Source: Lama guanicoe (taxonomy: Eukaryota). From it: a DNA stretch of 64,000 bases. Within the stretch, counting starts at the first letter, position 1, and the number at the start of each line of letters is the position of its first letter. The stretch covers positions 2,444,485 to 2,508,484 of the forward strand of contig MU053431.1 in the NCBI GenBank assembly GCA_013239625.1. The letters run 5' to 3'. The position numbers and the translations under genes were made by a program. Positions 1 to 10,700 of the stretch are shown here, piece after piece. A model generated the notes under the pieces. The model ran no database searches. It saw nothing but the letters and a program-made list of their open reading frames with translations, and was not told the origin of the DNA.

Positions 1-505
1 GATTTCCTCCTTCCTTAGACAGAGGCCGGTGGGGGATGTGGGGGCTCCCAGCCAGCCCCCCAGTCCCCCCCACGGGCAGCCACAGTCTGAATGGGGTAGG
101 TCTCGCGGGAGGCAGTGCAGGGAGTGTTGGGAGTAGAGGGCCGGCCAGAGCAGGCTGTTGGTGCTCACGTCGGCCCCCTTGCAGCGGGCTTGGCGTGTCC
201 GGGCTGCAGGGTGGAGGACGTGGTCCCCTTCCAGTGCTCCTCCTGCGACTTCCACTGCTGCCGGGCCTGCTGGCGACGGCACCTCCAGGTCTGCAGCCAG
301 ACCCCAAGGACCTGGCCCTGTCCCCCGTGGACATGGCCTGCTGGGCGTTGCCCCACGCGGTGGGCTGAGGGGGTGGGGTGGGCACTGGTGTCTGGCAGGT
401 GTGTCCAGTGTCATGTCTCCACAGGTCTCTAGGACGTGCCCAGCCTGCCACACTGCCACCAGAAAGCAGAGCCTCAAGCAGATCTTCTGGCTGGAGCCCC
501 AGTGA
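1..505 (+). CDS. RTEL1: Regulator of telomere elongation helicase 1, 3' end (partial). Exons: <1-95, cassette 185-288, last exon 425-505 (C4C4 isoform) or 425-432 (short isoform ending EWGL*)
   Basis: Frame from position 2 reads ISSFLRQRP...SEWG (PIP-box tail of RTEL1). Donor GT at 96. 185-288 encodes [28 protein letters not shown]. Acceptor at 424, then [26 protein letters not shown], matching the human long-isoform C-terminus. Confidence 0.93.
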
Positions 506-902
506 ACGTGGAGACCCTCTGGGCGCAGCAGGGTCTGCAGAAGCTGCGGCTACCCCTGCCTTGGGCACAGCTTGGATACTTGCCTGTTGGCTAGGGGTGG
601 GCCAGGCTTGACAGCACAAACCCCTTGGCCAAGAGCCCACCTGACAGGCCAGTCCAGTGTCTGTGGGGACCCCAGAGACGGCCCCAGGGTCTGGGCCCCG
701 GGTGAGAAGCCTTGAAGCCACCTTGCATTCTGGGGAGGGTCCACTAGAAGGTGCTTCCTCAGAACCTCCCAGGCTGCCCCGCTGGCTTGTGGGTGGAGCC
801 CCAGGAGCTTTGCTGCTGAGCTAAAGAGGAGGAAGGAGGGGAGCCCTGCCCCTCCTCTTTGGGGGACCTTCTAGGGACCTGCTGTTAGTCAGGGGCAGGG
901 CT

Positions 903-908
903 AATAAA
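903..908 (+). terminator. Poly(A) signal AATAAA, probably RTEL1
   Basis: AATAAA ~400 nt after the RTEL1 stop and before the TNFRSF6B ATG. Confidence 0.65.
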
Positions 909-1318
909 GCTGCTGGCACTACTGGGATGGGGTCTGCGTGGCCTAGGCAGGGTGGTGGGTTTGAGGGTGCCGGGAAGGATGGGATGGATGTTTTGGCAGT
1001 CTCCCTCCCACCTGGTTTCAGCGGCAGGTGTCTCCAGGGGCTTTGTCCCAGTTTGTCCGTAGGCGGGGTGCTGCTCCCCCCTTTCACCCTCCCACTGCCA
1101 GGCCTGGGAAGGGGGCCATGAGCTGCCCATGGTGCTTAGGGGCCCTCACAGGACCACCCTTCCCCTGGGCTCTGGGGAGGCGGGGGCCAGAACTGGGTCA
1201 AAGCCTAGGCCCCTGGTCGCTGACATCTCCCCTTGGCGGGCAGGGGAGGGGCTCCCGTGGAGGCGCAGCCAGGCCGGCCCTTACACGACCTGGAGGCCCC
1301 CGTTGCTCCAGCGAGACC

Positions 1319-2788
1319 ATGAGGGGCCCTCCTTGGTCGCTGCCATCCCTGCCGCTGGCTCTCGCAGCCCACGGGGCGGCAGGGGACACGCCCACCTACC
1401 CGTGGCGGGACGCAGAGGCGGGGGAGTGGCTGGTGTGCAGCCAGTGACCCCCAGGCACCTTCGAGCAGCAGCCTGAAGACCGGGACAGCCCCACGACGTG
1501 CGGCGCGTGCCCGCCCCGCCACTAACATAATTTTGGAACTACGGGGAGCGCTGCCACTACTGCAACGTCATCTGCATGGAGCGTGGGGAGGCGGCGTGGC
1601 TGTGCAGGGCCACCCATAACCACGCCTGCCGCTGTCGCCCCGGCTTCTTCGCACACGGCAGCTTCTGCCTGGAGCACACAACCTGCCTACCCGGCGTCGG
1701 CATGGCTGCCCCCGCTGGGTGCGGGTGCGTGGGGCCGCCGTGCCAAGACCTCAGCTGAGTGAGGACGACCCCGGCTCTCCTGACCCCGTAATCTGTCCTC
1801 GTCCTCAAGCACCCGCAGCCAGAGCACGCAGTGCCAGCTGTGTCCCTGGGCACTTTCTCAGCCAGTAGCTCGAGCTTGGAGCAGTGCCAGCTGTACCGCA
1901 ACTGCACAGCCCTGGGTCCAGCCTTCAACGTGCCGGACTCCTCCTTCCACGAGTTCCTGTGCACCAACTGCATGAGCTTCCCACTCGGCTCCAGCAAGCT
2001 GGGGGCGCCGGGTGAGCCGGAATGGGGTGCGGAGCCCCAGCTGTTGGGTCCGAGGCCAGCTCTGGAGCGTGAGGCCTTGGCTGGCTCCCGGGAAGGGCTT
2101 CCAGAAGCCATGTGGGTTCAAAGGGCACCAGAGCCCCACGGAGCCAACCTCGGAGAGCTCTGGGGCGGTGGGGGTGGCCCAGGGAATGCACCTTGCAGAG
2201 GGTTTTAGCGCTGGTGGGTGATGCCATTTCCCGCCGACATCGGGAAACAGGCTCAGAGGGTTTAAAGGCCTTCCACAAGGTCAGGGTGGTGAAAGGGGCC
2301 GAGCCCCTTAGCGTCCCATCTCGTCCCTGGCGTTGACCCACGAGCCCCGCCCCCAGCCCGCCTCCCTGCTGCCGGAAGTTCCGCGGCTGCGGTGGACCCG
2401 CCACCACAGCTCAAGCCTCGCCCACTTGTTAGCCCACAGGGGTTCGTTCCTCCTTTGTTCTGTCCTCACCACCCCCTGCCCACAGAGCCTAGCGAGGACC
2501 TGACTGAGCCCCCACCTCGCCACACCCTACAGGGACCAGGGAGTGCGAGCGGGCCCTTGTCGACTTCGTGGCTTTCCAGGATCTCTCCGCCCAGAGGCTC
2601 CTGTGGCTGCAGCAGGCCCTGACCAGCCTAGGCACGGAGCCCGCCAACGCCGCTGCCGCCAGTGGCGAGGGCAGGCCGCACGGCCCTGCGGCTGAGACTG
2701 GCGGCAGCTCACGGAGCTCCGTGAAGCGCCGGCCAGGCTGCCCGGGCTGGAGCACAGCATCCACGGGCGCTTCCTCCAGGCGCCCTGA
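1319..2788 (+). pseudogene. TNFRSF6B: TNF receptor superfamily 6B (decoy receptor 3, DcR3) unitary pseudogene; exon remnants 1319-1718, ~1809-2011, 2533-2788
   Basis: Clear DcR3 homology (TPTYPWRDAE, DSPTTCGACPPRH, FWNY.ERC.YCNVIC, ACRCRPGFFAH, GTFSASSSS.EQCQ, ECERALVDFVAFQD, ARLPGLE.S...RFL) in the syntenic position. Lesions: TGA at 1445-1447 replacing Cys; 1-nt deletion ~1524 plus TAA 1528-1530; exon-2 acceptor CAA instead of CAG (1806-1808); 1-nt deletion ~1847; two frame switches (~2637, ~2701) and a deletion near 2730 in exon 3. Confidence 0.9.
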
Positions 2789-2887
2789 GCGCCCTCCCGT
2801 CATTTATTCACTCCCGGCCTGAGCCCCCCCGCGTGGGCGGCCCCCCAGCCGTACCAAAGGAGGCTTCTGACCTGGTTCCTGGGTTAC

Positions 2888-2893
2888 TTTATT
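2888..2893 (-). terminator. Distal poly(A) signal AATAAA (minus strand), probably ARFRP1; further candidates at 2803-2808 and 3660-3665
   Basis: TTTATT on + strand downstream of the ARFRP1 stop, in a short AT-rich patch within GC-rich DNA. Confidence 0.55.
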
Positions 2894-4622
2894 TTTTATA
2901 AAGCGGATTTGTCAGAGTGTGGCGTCTGACCGGCCACAGTGGGCACACCTGGTGGGGAAAGACCTGGGCAGCCGACCTGAGTGTCCAGCTCTCTCAGGCT
3001 GGCCCCACCCCCATCTGACAGACTTCAATGGACAGTGGGTGGCAGCTGTGGGGCGCGGTGGGGTCCCTGAGGCCCGCTCTGCGATCCCCCATTGCCTGCT
3101 CAGTAGGTAGAGCCTTATGGAGGGTGGGCGGCCAAGCCCAGGGGCTCTCACTGCAGAACAGATGGCAACCCAGAGCAGTGGGCACCAGCCAGCAGGCCCT
3201 GGCCACCAGAACTCCCACTCAACCTGACACTCTCGTGAACTCTGCCCACTTCAAACAGTAGGGATTTCCTAGGAAGGGACAGCCAAGGCCTCCTGGGAGG
3301 CCAAGGTGTCCCACTGGCTTTCTGGGAAATGAGGCTTTTTCCCTCTGGGGCAGGTTCAGAAAACGGCTTGACCCACCCACCCAGGGGGACTCTCAGCCTT
3401 ACCCTTATTCTGGGAGCCCTCCCTCCACCAGCCCTGGAGCCCCCTGCCTGACCCCCAGGAAGGGCCCCAGTGAGAGGCAGGGTCACAGCCTTCCCATGAG
3501 TCATCCCACCTGCAGCTGGCCTCCACCCCTAGCCCTGACTCGTCCCTTCCTCAACAACTCCCAGGCCCCACCAGGGAGAGCAGTTTGGGGGGCCTGACCT
3601 TCAGATACAAAGCTACCAGGTCTCCAGAGGAACAATGGACAGGAGCCACTCCAGCTGTCTTTATTTTGCCCATGGCTCGGCTCACTGGGTGTTGCCAGCC
3701 CCCATGGGGGCTGTGGGGAGGGTCCTCACCTGGGGGGGCCCCTGCTCCTGGGCATAGGCCTGGAAAGGGATTTCTAGATGCCTTACTCCAGACCCGAGGG
3801 GCACACCACCCCTCACCCCCAGCTAGGAACGCACCCGAGCTGGTGACCACAGTCATCCTAGACTGGTGGCAGGCTCAGAGGGGGCACCCACTCCCACCAT
3901 GACCACATAGCTTCCCCTCCTGGCTGGGGATCAGAACAAGGTGGCTGGACCAGTGTAAGGGGCACACTGCCTCCCAGGCAGATCTCCCCTGCCCCGTCCT
4001 GAGGCTGCGTCACAACCCACAGCCCTACTGGCTTGCAGGGACGAGGGCCAGGTCTCCCTTGAGGTTAACACCAGGCCTCCAGCCCACCGCCAGGATCAGA
4101 GGGGAAAGAGGCTGAGGACAGTCATGACCCCACCAGCTTCCTCCACAGGCATGATACCCAGAGCCACCCTACAAGCCACAGAGGGCCCCACCACCCTGGA
4201 AAACCCTATTTCCAAGCAGGGTCCCCTAAGGCCCCACCGGGCACCAGGCATGCTGGCCTGCTGGGGCAGCAGCTCCAAAAGGAGAGTTGGCCTGCCAAGG
4301 CCTTACCCCAGGGCCTGCAACCTGGGCCTTGGGGGGGGGGGCATTGGTGGTGTCCAGGCCTGATGTGGCCGCGGGCCCCAGTGAGAGTCGGGTGAGGGTC
4401 CTGTGTGGCACTGGCCTGGCTTACTGCCCCGGCCCCCCTGGGAGAAGCCCTTGGATGCCTACACTTATCTGGACACAGAGAGAAGTTTGTCTTAGAGAAG
4501 AAACAAAGCAAATGAAAACCAAAGGGCACAGCAAACCCAGCCCCAGGATCAGCAGTGCAGAGCCAGCAGAACTCCTCTAGCACGCAGGGATGCACGGTGG
4601 GCACCAGGGGTCACCGGCGTCC

Positions 4623-7600
4623 TTACGTGATGTCCCGCTGCCGCGGCGGCCGGTGCAGATTCCGCACGACGCACTTTACCATCCACTCGATGCCCTCGCG
4701 CACCCCCTTGCTGTGGAGACAGTGGGCATGAGACAGGGCCGGCCTGGGCCCCAGCCCACAGGGTGAGGGTCCCACTCACCCCGTGAGGGCTGAGCAGGCC
4801 TGGGTCAGGCAGTCACGCCTGCCGATCTTGGAGGTGCAGTCGCTGAACGCAGTCTTGATGTCAGGGATGGAGAGGCAAGTCTGGAGGAGGCAAAGCCGTG
4901 AGGAGCAGGGCCCCGCAGCCAGACCCCAGCCCCAGGGCAGTGCCTAGAGCTGCCTGGCTGGACATGGGGGCCGAGGAAGGGTGTGAAGCAGTGGGGGCCC
5001 TGGGGCTACTCCACCTAGGAGGGGTCTGAGGGAAATGAGGGGTGGACAAGATGCACGTGGTCTGAGGTGCACCCCAGCTGTCACGCCACAGGAGCCCCAG
5101 GAACCAGCTGCCCAGTGGTCCCAGGGGTGACACTGGCACAGCTGCCATCTCAGGGGCAGCAGACAGCTCAGGGTCAGTGCCGACTCCCACCCTGGGTCCT
5201 CTGGCATTTCCTTCCCAGAGCTTGCAGCTGAGTCCACCGCTGAAGGCGGACAGAGCGCGACTATCTCCAGCGGATGGATGGCGTGGGGCAGACGGGCTTG
5301 GGGCGTCTGAGGGAGACAGCAGCCCTCCCTGAACAGACCCCCATCCTCCAGGGGCACTCACCTCAACGTCCTGCTTGTTGGCCAGCACGAGGATGGGGAC
5401 GCCGTCCAGTGCCTCACTCGTGACCATCTTCTCTGGGGCAGGCAGACAGGCGGCAGTGAGCACCCACTGTCCACCTCTGCCCAGAGGTCCCCACCTCCCT
5501 GCCAACCTGTCTACAGCACAGACGTGCTCTCGGCCACAGCTCTCCTGACCTGCATCTGGCCAGCCTCCCCTTACGCCCAGCTCTGAACATGTGGGATGTG
5601 CAGCCTGGACCCAACCACTCCACTCCCCCACTGCCTGGCTGACCGCACCCACCAAACGCGTGCTTGGACTCCGACAGTCTCTCCTCATCCGTGGAGTCGA
5701 TGACATAGATGACGCCGTGGCACTCCGCGTAGTACTGGGCAGGAGCAGAAGCAGGTGCTGAGCCACAGGCAGGGGCAGCCCCTGACTGGAAGACCCTGCT
5801 GGGTGCTTCCTGGGGGTGGGGAGGTAGGCAGAGTGGTGGCGTGGCCCCAGACCCCTTGGACTTGGGGAGGCCCCCCCACCGCCCACTTCCTAAGTGCTGT
5901 GGCCAAAGCCCACTTCAGTGTCTGCTCCTGACAACCATTCACAATCGCTGGCCTGACGGGGCCCAGACCAGGGAGTCTCTATGCAGACCCGGGGGTCGGG
6001 GGAGTACACGAACAGGGCCTCATGCCTGCTCAGATGGCAAGCCTGACCAGCATCCACTGGTGAGCCAGGGAGAGGCCATCGAGGGGCAAGGCTAGATATT
6101 CAAAGCAGCTCTGTCCCCTGCACAGGAGGCGGCATCAGCGAGCTCCGAGGCTTGCAGGCTGGACTGGAGCCGGGGTCTGGGGGGTGGGGGGGTGCTGGGC
6201 CTCCTGACAGCAAGGGTGACGGAGGGGACCCCACCAGAACCACCGGAGCCCACCTTGTGGGGAGAGTTACAGGGGGTGGCATGGAGCAGGGGCACAGGGA
6301 CAGGGAGTCTGCCTTCTGTCCTGATCGGAAAGAGCACGGAGTGGGGGAGAGTATAGCTCAGTGGTAGAGAGCGTACTTCGCATGCACGAGGTTCTGGGTT
6401 CAATTCCCAGCACCTCCATTAAAAAAATAAACCTAATCTCCCCCCCCAACAAAAAGAAAAGAGCGCTGCATCGTGTCTCGTGGAGCATGTAACTGCATCC
6501 TTGCGGCTCTGCCCCGGCTCCCTGCCCACTGTGAGCCCTGGGACCCGAACACCCGTATGCGCCACAGGACACGACACTGTGTTGGGCACCCCGACTCCAG
6601 GATGAGACAAGCTTCTGTTCTCCGGCCAGCCTGCTGGGTGATGTGAGGGCCGCGGGCTGGCCTTGCTGCTGAGATCCGGGAGTGGCAGCCCGACAGCCGA
6701 GGCCTCGGTGCAGGAAGCGACAGCGTGGGAATCACCGTGCGGCTCTGGGGGCGGCAGAGGACACCAACCCGTGCGCAACGGGGCCCTGGCAGACAGGTGT
6801 TGGATCCACCGCCACAACCGCTGGACATAAGGTGACAGCCCAGCTGTGGCGGCAGTGACAGGAGCCACACACCTGGGGCTGATGTGAGCAGAACCAGGAG
6901 CGCAAGGGGCTGCCCCAATCCCACGGCACCTGCTCCACCCAGACCCCAGTGGTGACATCACCTGAGGCTGCACGGGGTCCCACACAACCAGTGGAAAAAG
7001 ATGAGCCCAGGCGTGGCCTCTGGGTGGGCATGTGCTGGAGGTCACCCAGGTGTGGCCTGAGGCTGGCGCACACACAGACCCGTAAGTGGCAGCACACAGG
7101 ATGAGGCTGTGAGGTGGACGCAAGGAAGTGGGCTCGGGGAGTGAAGGTCCAGCACATGTCTGCCTGGGACAAAGCGACTCAGCTGGCCCATACGGTGGCA
7201 TGGTGGATGGCGCGGGGCCAGGGACGGCCTCAGGACACAGCATCTGGGAACCAGGCAGGGAGCAGGAGCTCCCCTCTCCACCCCTCCTGGGGACTCACAG
7301 GGGACTCTTGCCGCCTGTCCCTACAGCTCTAGGCTCTGCAGTATTGGGGTTGGGGTGTGGTCACCCCATCACACCCACTCACCAGGGACACTACAGGAGA
7401 CCTGCTAAGTCGCAAACCCTGGCTGACTCCTGAGCAGGTCAGGCAACTCTCGCCCAGGGGCCAGTGGAGCCTCCATCCTGGCACAGGTATCTGACCCCAC
7501 TGGCAAGAGGCTGGGCACCCACTGCGCTCCACGGCCGGGGAGCGTATGAGAAACCCAGGGACCCCCAGTGAAGGCGAGCTCAGTGACCAGGGCTTAGCTC

Positions 7601-9638
7601 CTTGAGATGAAGTCATGCCACCTACAGACGTGAAAGCTGAGGACTCGACCAGGCACCAAGCTTGGGAGGAGCCAATCCCCAACGCAGAGCCTGAGTGCAG
7701 CGGGCACCTGTTACCTCGCTGCCTAGCAGGGCCCACTCTGACCCACAAAGAACCACCTTTCCACACCACAGCTGCTTAGGGCAGCCCACCGTGGTGACTT
7801 GCCCGGAGGATGGGAGTCTCGGCCAGCTCGGCCTGACAGGAGGCAGCCACCTGAGATGACCGCGGCCTGCCCAGTCCCGCATCCTCCCCACACACTTCCC
7901 GGTGCTGACCTCAACACATCCTACACCCTGGTCTCTGTCACCGTATCTGCTCCTGGGACCCTGGCCTGTGACAGGATGTCAGGACCTCTGTGCCTCCCCA
8001 CCTGGGTATATGGCTTGAACAAGCAGCCCCTGGCTTGGCTCTGCCTTGGTCCGACTTAAATGGCCACAGAGAGCTTGTCAGTGACTGGCCACAGGACAGA
8101 ACCTGTTCTCGTGACCGAAAGTCAGGGCAGGAGGGGACAGTTTGGGGGGAATGAGGAAAAAGTGACTGGGTGCTGCTGCTGGGGTCAAACCAGAAAACAG
8201 GGCCTGTGCACCGGGCCCCAACAAGTGTTGGGGCGGGCACATCCGTGCCCCCGGCCCTGGGCTGCACCAAACCCACCAAGCCAACCCACTGGGAAGGGGC
8301 GGGGAAGAGGCTGGCTCTCCTCTCACTACTGGACCCCACTGCCTGGCACAGGCTGAGCTAAAGACGGGCTCCAGTCTTAGGGTGTGTGGGGAAGAGCCCC
8401 ATGCTGAGGTCTCAGAAATGCCTATGTCCAAAGAGGAGGCAGCTGCTGTGGGCCTTGGAAGACATCCTCCCCTGAGAGGAAGAGGCGACCCACAAGGACA
8501 GGTCCTAAGCCAGGACTGAGGGAAGAGGACCCAGTGGGAGAGGCTCAGGCCCGCTGCTGAAGCTGAGCGCCAAGGAGGCGTGTGTCTCCCGCATGTCTGC
8601 TCCCTGGCTGTCCTTTAGCCTCATCCCGTGCTAAGCAGCAACAAAACTTCCAAGCCAAAAGGAACCAAGTGTGTCCCGCTCCTGGGGGAGCAACTCAAGA
8701 GCTGGAACAGCCCTGGGGAGGGGAAAAGGCGGCTCAAGAACCAAGTCGGTGACGGAAGTTGCTGACAGGAAGGAAAGAAGGTAAGTCCAAGGTCTGAGGA
8801 AAGGGAGAAGGAAACCCAGGTGCTACCTGGAGAGAAATGGTGCAAGGGGTGGGCTGGGAGCCCACAGGGCATCCACCCCAGTTACCTTGTCCCACAAAGA
8901 CTGCAGCTCCTCCTGCCCTCCTAAGTCCCAGAACATGAGGCGAGCCTTTCCCACGTCCACAGTGCCGACTAGGGAAGAGAGAAAAACAGGTGAGGCTGTG
9001 GCCCTGGTCCCTGCACGCCACCTCCCAGCTCTCCTGGGGAGGAGCAGGCCACTCCCGCACCCCTCCACACTGGGGCCAAGGGGAGCCGGAGCAGTGCGTC
9101 ACAGACAGGGTTCTGGCCGCCTGTCTGCTGGCCTGCAGGCATCACAGCACTCTCGGGGGCCTGTCCCCCAAACCCACAGCCCCAAGACCCTCCCTTACTG
9201 TTCAGACCCACGGTGGTGGTGATTTTGGACAGACTCATCCCCTTGTAGTTCTTGTTAAACCGGGTTTTTGACTGCTCCAGGAAGGTCTGAGGGGAGAAGG
9301 AGAGAGAGGCATGAGGCAGGAACCGGAATACTTTGCAAGACTGTTTCTCAAATATCCCTCCTTGGGGCTATTCCTTTAAAACAAAGCAAAACAGGACAAC
9401 ATTCTGCTTTTACAGCAGCTGGTGGTAACTGTCTCACGGCCTTATATGGGGTTTAGGTCCTGTCTGGGTGGAGAACGTGCAGCTAAAGGTGTAAAGCCAA
9501 AACGACCACTGCGGGGAGCGGGTGCTGGCAGGAACAGGCACCTACCGTCTTGCCGGCATTGTCCAGGCCCAGGATCAGGATGCAGTACTCGTCCTTCTGG
9601 AACATGTACTTGTACAGGCCTGACAGCAGCGTGTACAT
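4623..9638 (-). CDS. ARFRP1: ADP-ribosylation factor-related protein 1 (201 aa). Coding exons 9638-9546, 9286-9199, 8968-8886, 5734-5653, 5432-5362, 4880-4780, 4710-4623
   Basis: Spliced exons (93+88+83+82+71+101+88 = 606 nt) give MYTLLSGLYKYMFQKDEYCILILGLDNAGKT...WDLGGQ...ANKQD...CSALTG...RQRDIT*. Arf-family G1/G3/G4/G5 motifs; all introns GT-AG. Confidence 0.97.
6343..6460 (+). mobile_element. tRNA-derived SINE (Vic-1-like, camelid)
   Basis: GGGGAGAGTATAGCTCAGTGGTAGAG...GGTTCAATTCCCAGCACCTCCA with Pol III A and B boxes, followed by AAATAAACCTAATCTCCCCCCC and an A-rich tail; partial AAAGAGC flanking duplication. Confidence 0.88.
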
Positions 9639-9659
9639 CCTGCCTGGGCACCCGACACC

Positions 9660-10700
9660 AGGAGTGGGCGATCCGGCCCGCACCCGCCTCCCAGCTTCCC
9701 CCAGGTGGCCAGCGGGGCCGTCTGGAGCCCGGCTTGGCCCGCCGCCCCTCCGCCGCCGCCGCAACTGCTCCCGGCGCCCGCGCCCCCGCTCCCCGACCCG
9801 GGGCTGCGGCCGGGCTTCGCTCCGCTCCGGCCTACCTCGCCCGCCCGCCCGGCCGAGCCGCCGAGCCCCCGAGCCGCCGCGCCGCCGCGGGTCTAACCCG
9901 CCGACCCCACGCCGACCCTGCGCTGACCTCGCGCGCCGCCCGACGGGACGCGGGCCGGCCGCCCGGGAAGGGGCGGGGCCGTCCCGGCGGCCCCCGCGCC
10001 GGGCACTTCCGCCGCCGGCGGTGGCGCTCGGGCGGAAGTGCTTAGGGGCTGCGAGGGCGGAAGCGGGGCGCTGGGCCGCTGCGGCCGGTGAGGCCGCCGG
10101 GCGGTGTGTGGCGGCGGCCGCGAGACCACGCGGAGGAGGACCCGGCCGGGGACGCGACGGGGCCCGGGTCCGAGGTGACCGGCGGAGCGGGGACGGGCGG
10201 CGCGGGTCGCGGAGGGTGGCCGGGCCCGGGGCCCCGGCCCGAGACTCGGAGAATCGGGAGGAGCCTGACAGCAGCTCCCGGGACGCCCGAGAAGGGAGCC
10301 GCGGCCGTGGGGCAGTGGCCAGGGGCCGGCTCTGGCTCCTCCACTCGGAGCTGGAGACCCCTTCGGCCCAAACCGGGAGAGCGGGCCCTTCGCGTCTCCG
10401 CAGGCTGTCCGCCGAGGGCGGCAGTCGGCGCAGCGCTCGGTGCCGGCCTTGCGGGGTGGCCGGTCCTGAGCTCGTCTGGCTGCTTTCCCCCGCAGCGCTG
10501 GTCCCCACCCAGGGACCCGCCCCTGCCCGCCGCGAGAAAGCAGCCCCCTCCTTGCAGGATGGACGAGGAGAGCCTGCAGACCGCCCTCCGCACCTACGAC
10601 GCGCAGCTGCAGCAGGTGGAGCTGGCCCTGGGCGCCGGCCTGGATCCCTCCGAGCTGGCGGACCTGCGCCAGCTGCAGGGGGACCTGAAGGAGCTGATCC
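9660..10700. promoter_or_regulatory. CpG island / bidirectional promoter of ARFRP1 and ZGPAT
   Basis: Very high CpG density, GC boxes, inverted ETS sites GCACTTCCGCC (10003-10013) and GGCGGAAGTGC (10031-10041); candidate ZGPAT non-coding exon-1 donor GTGAG at 10088. Confidence 0.88.

Noticed and set aside
1445-1447. TGA at a cysteine position in DcR3 as possible selenocysteine recoding
   Set aside because: Several downstream frameshifts and stops, and no evident SECIS; it is a plain nonsense mutation.
4861-5886. 341-aa minus-strand ORF
   Set aside because: Read-through of ARFRP1 introns; only one exon is in the true frame.
6343-6418. tRNA-like sequence (also at 60255)
   Set aside because: Has a SINE tail, A-rich end and multiple diverged copies; called SINE, not tRNA gene.
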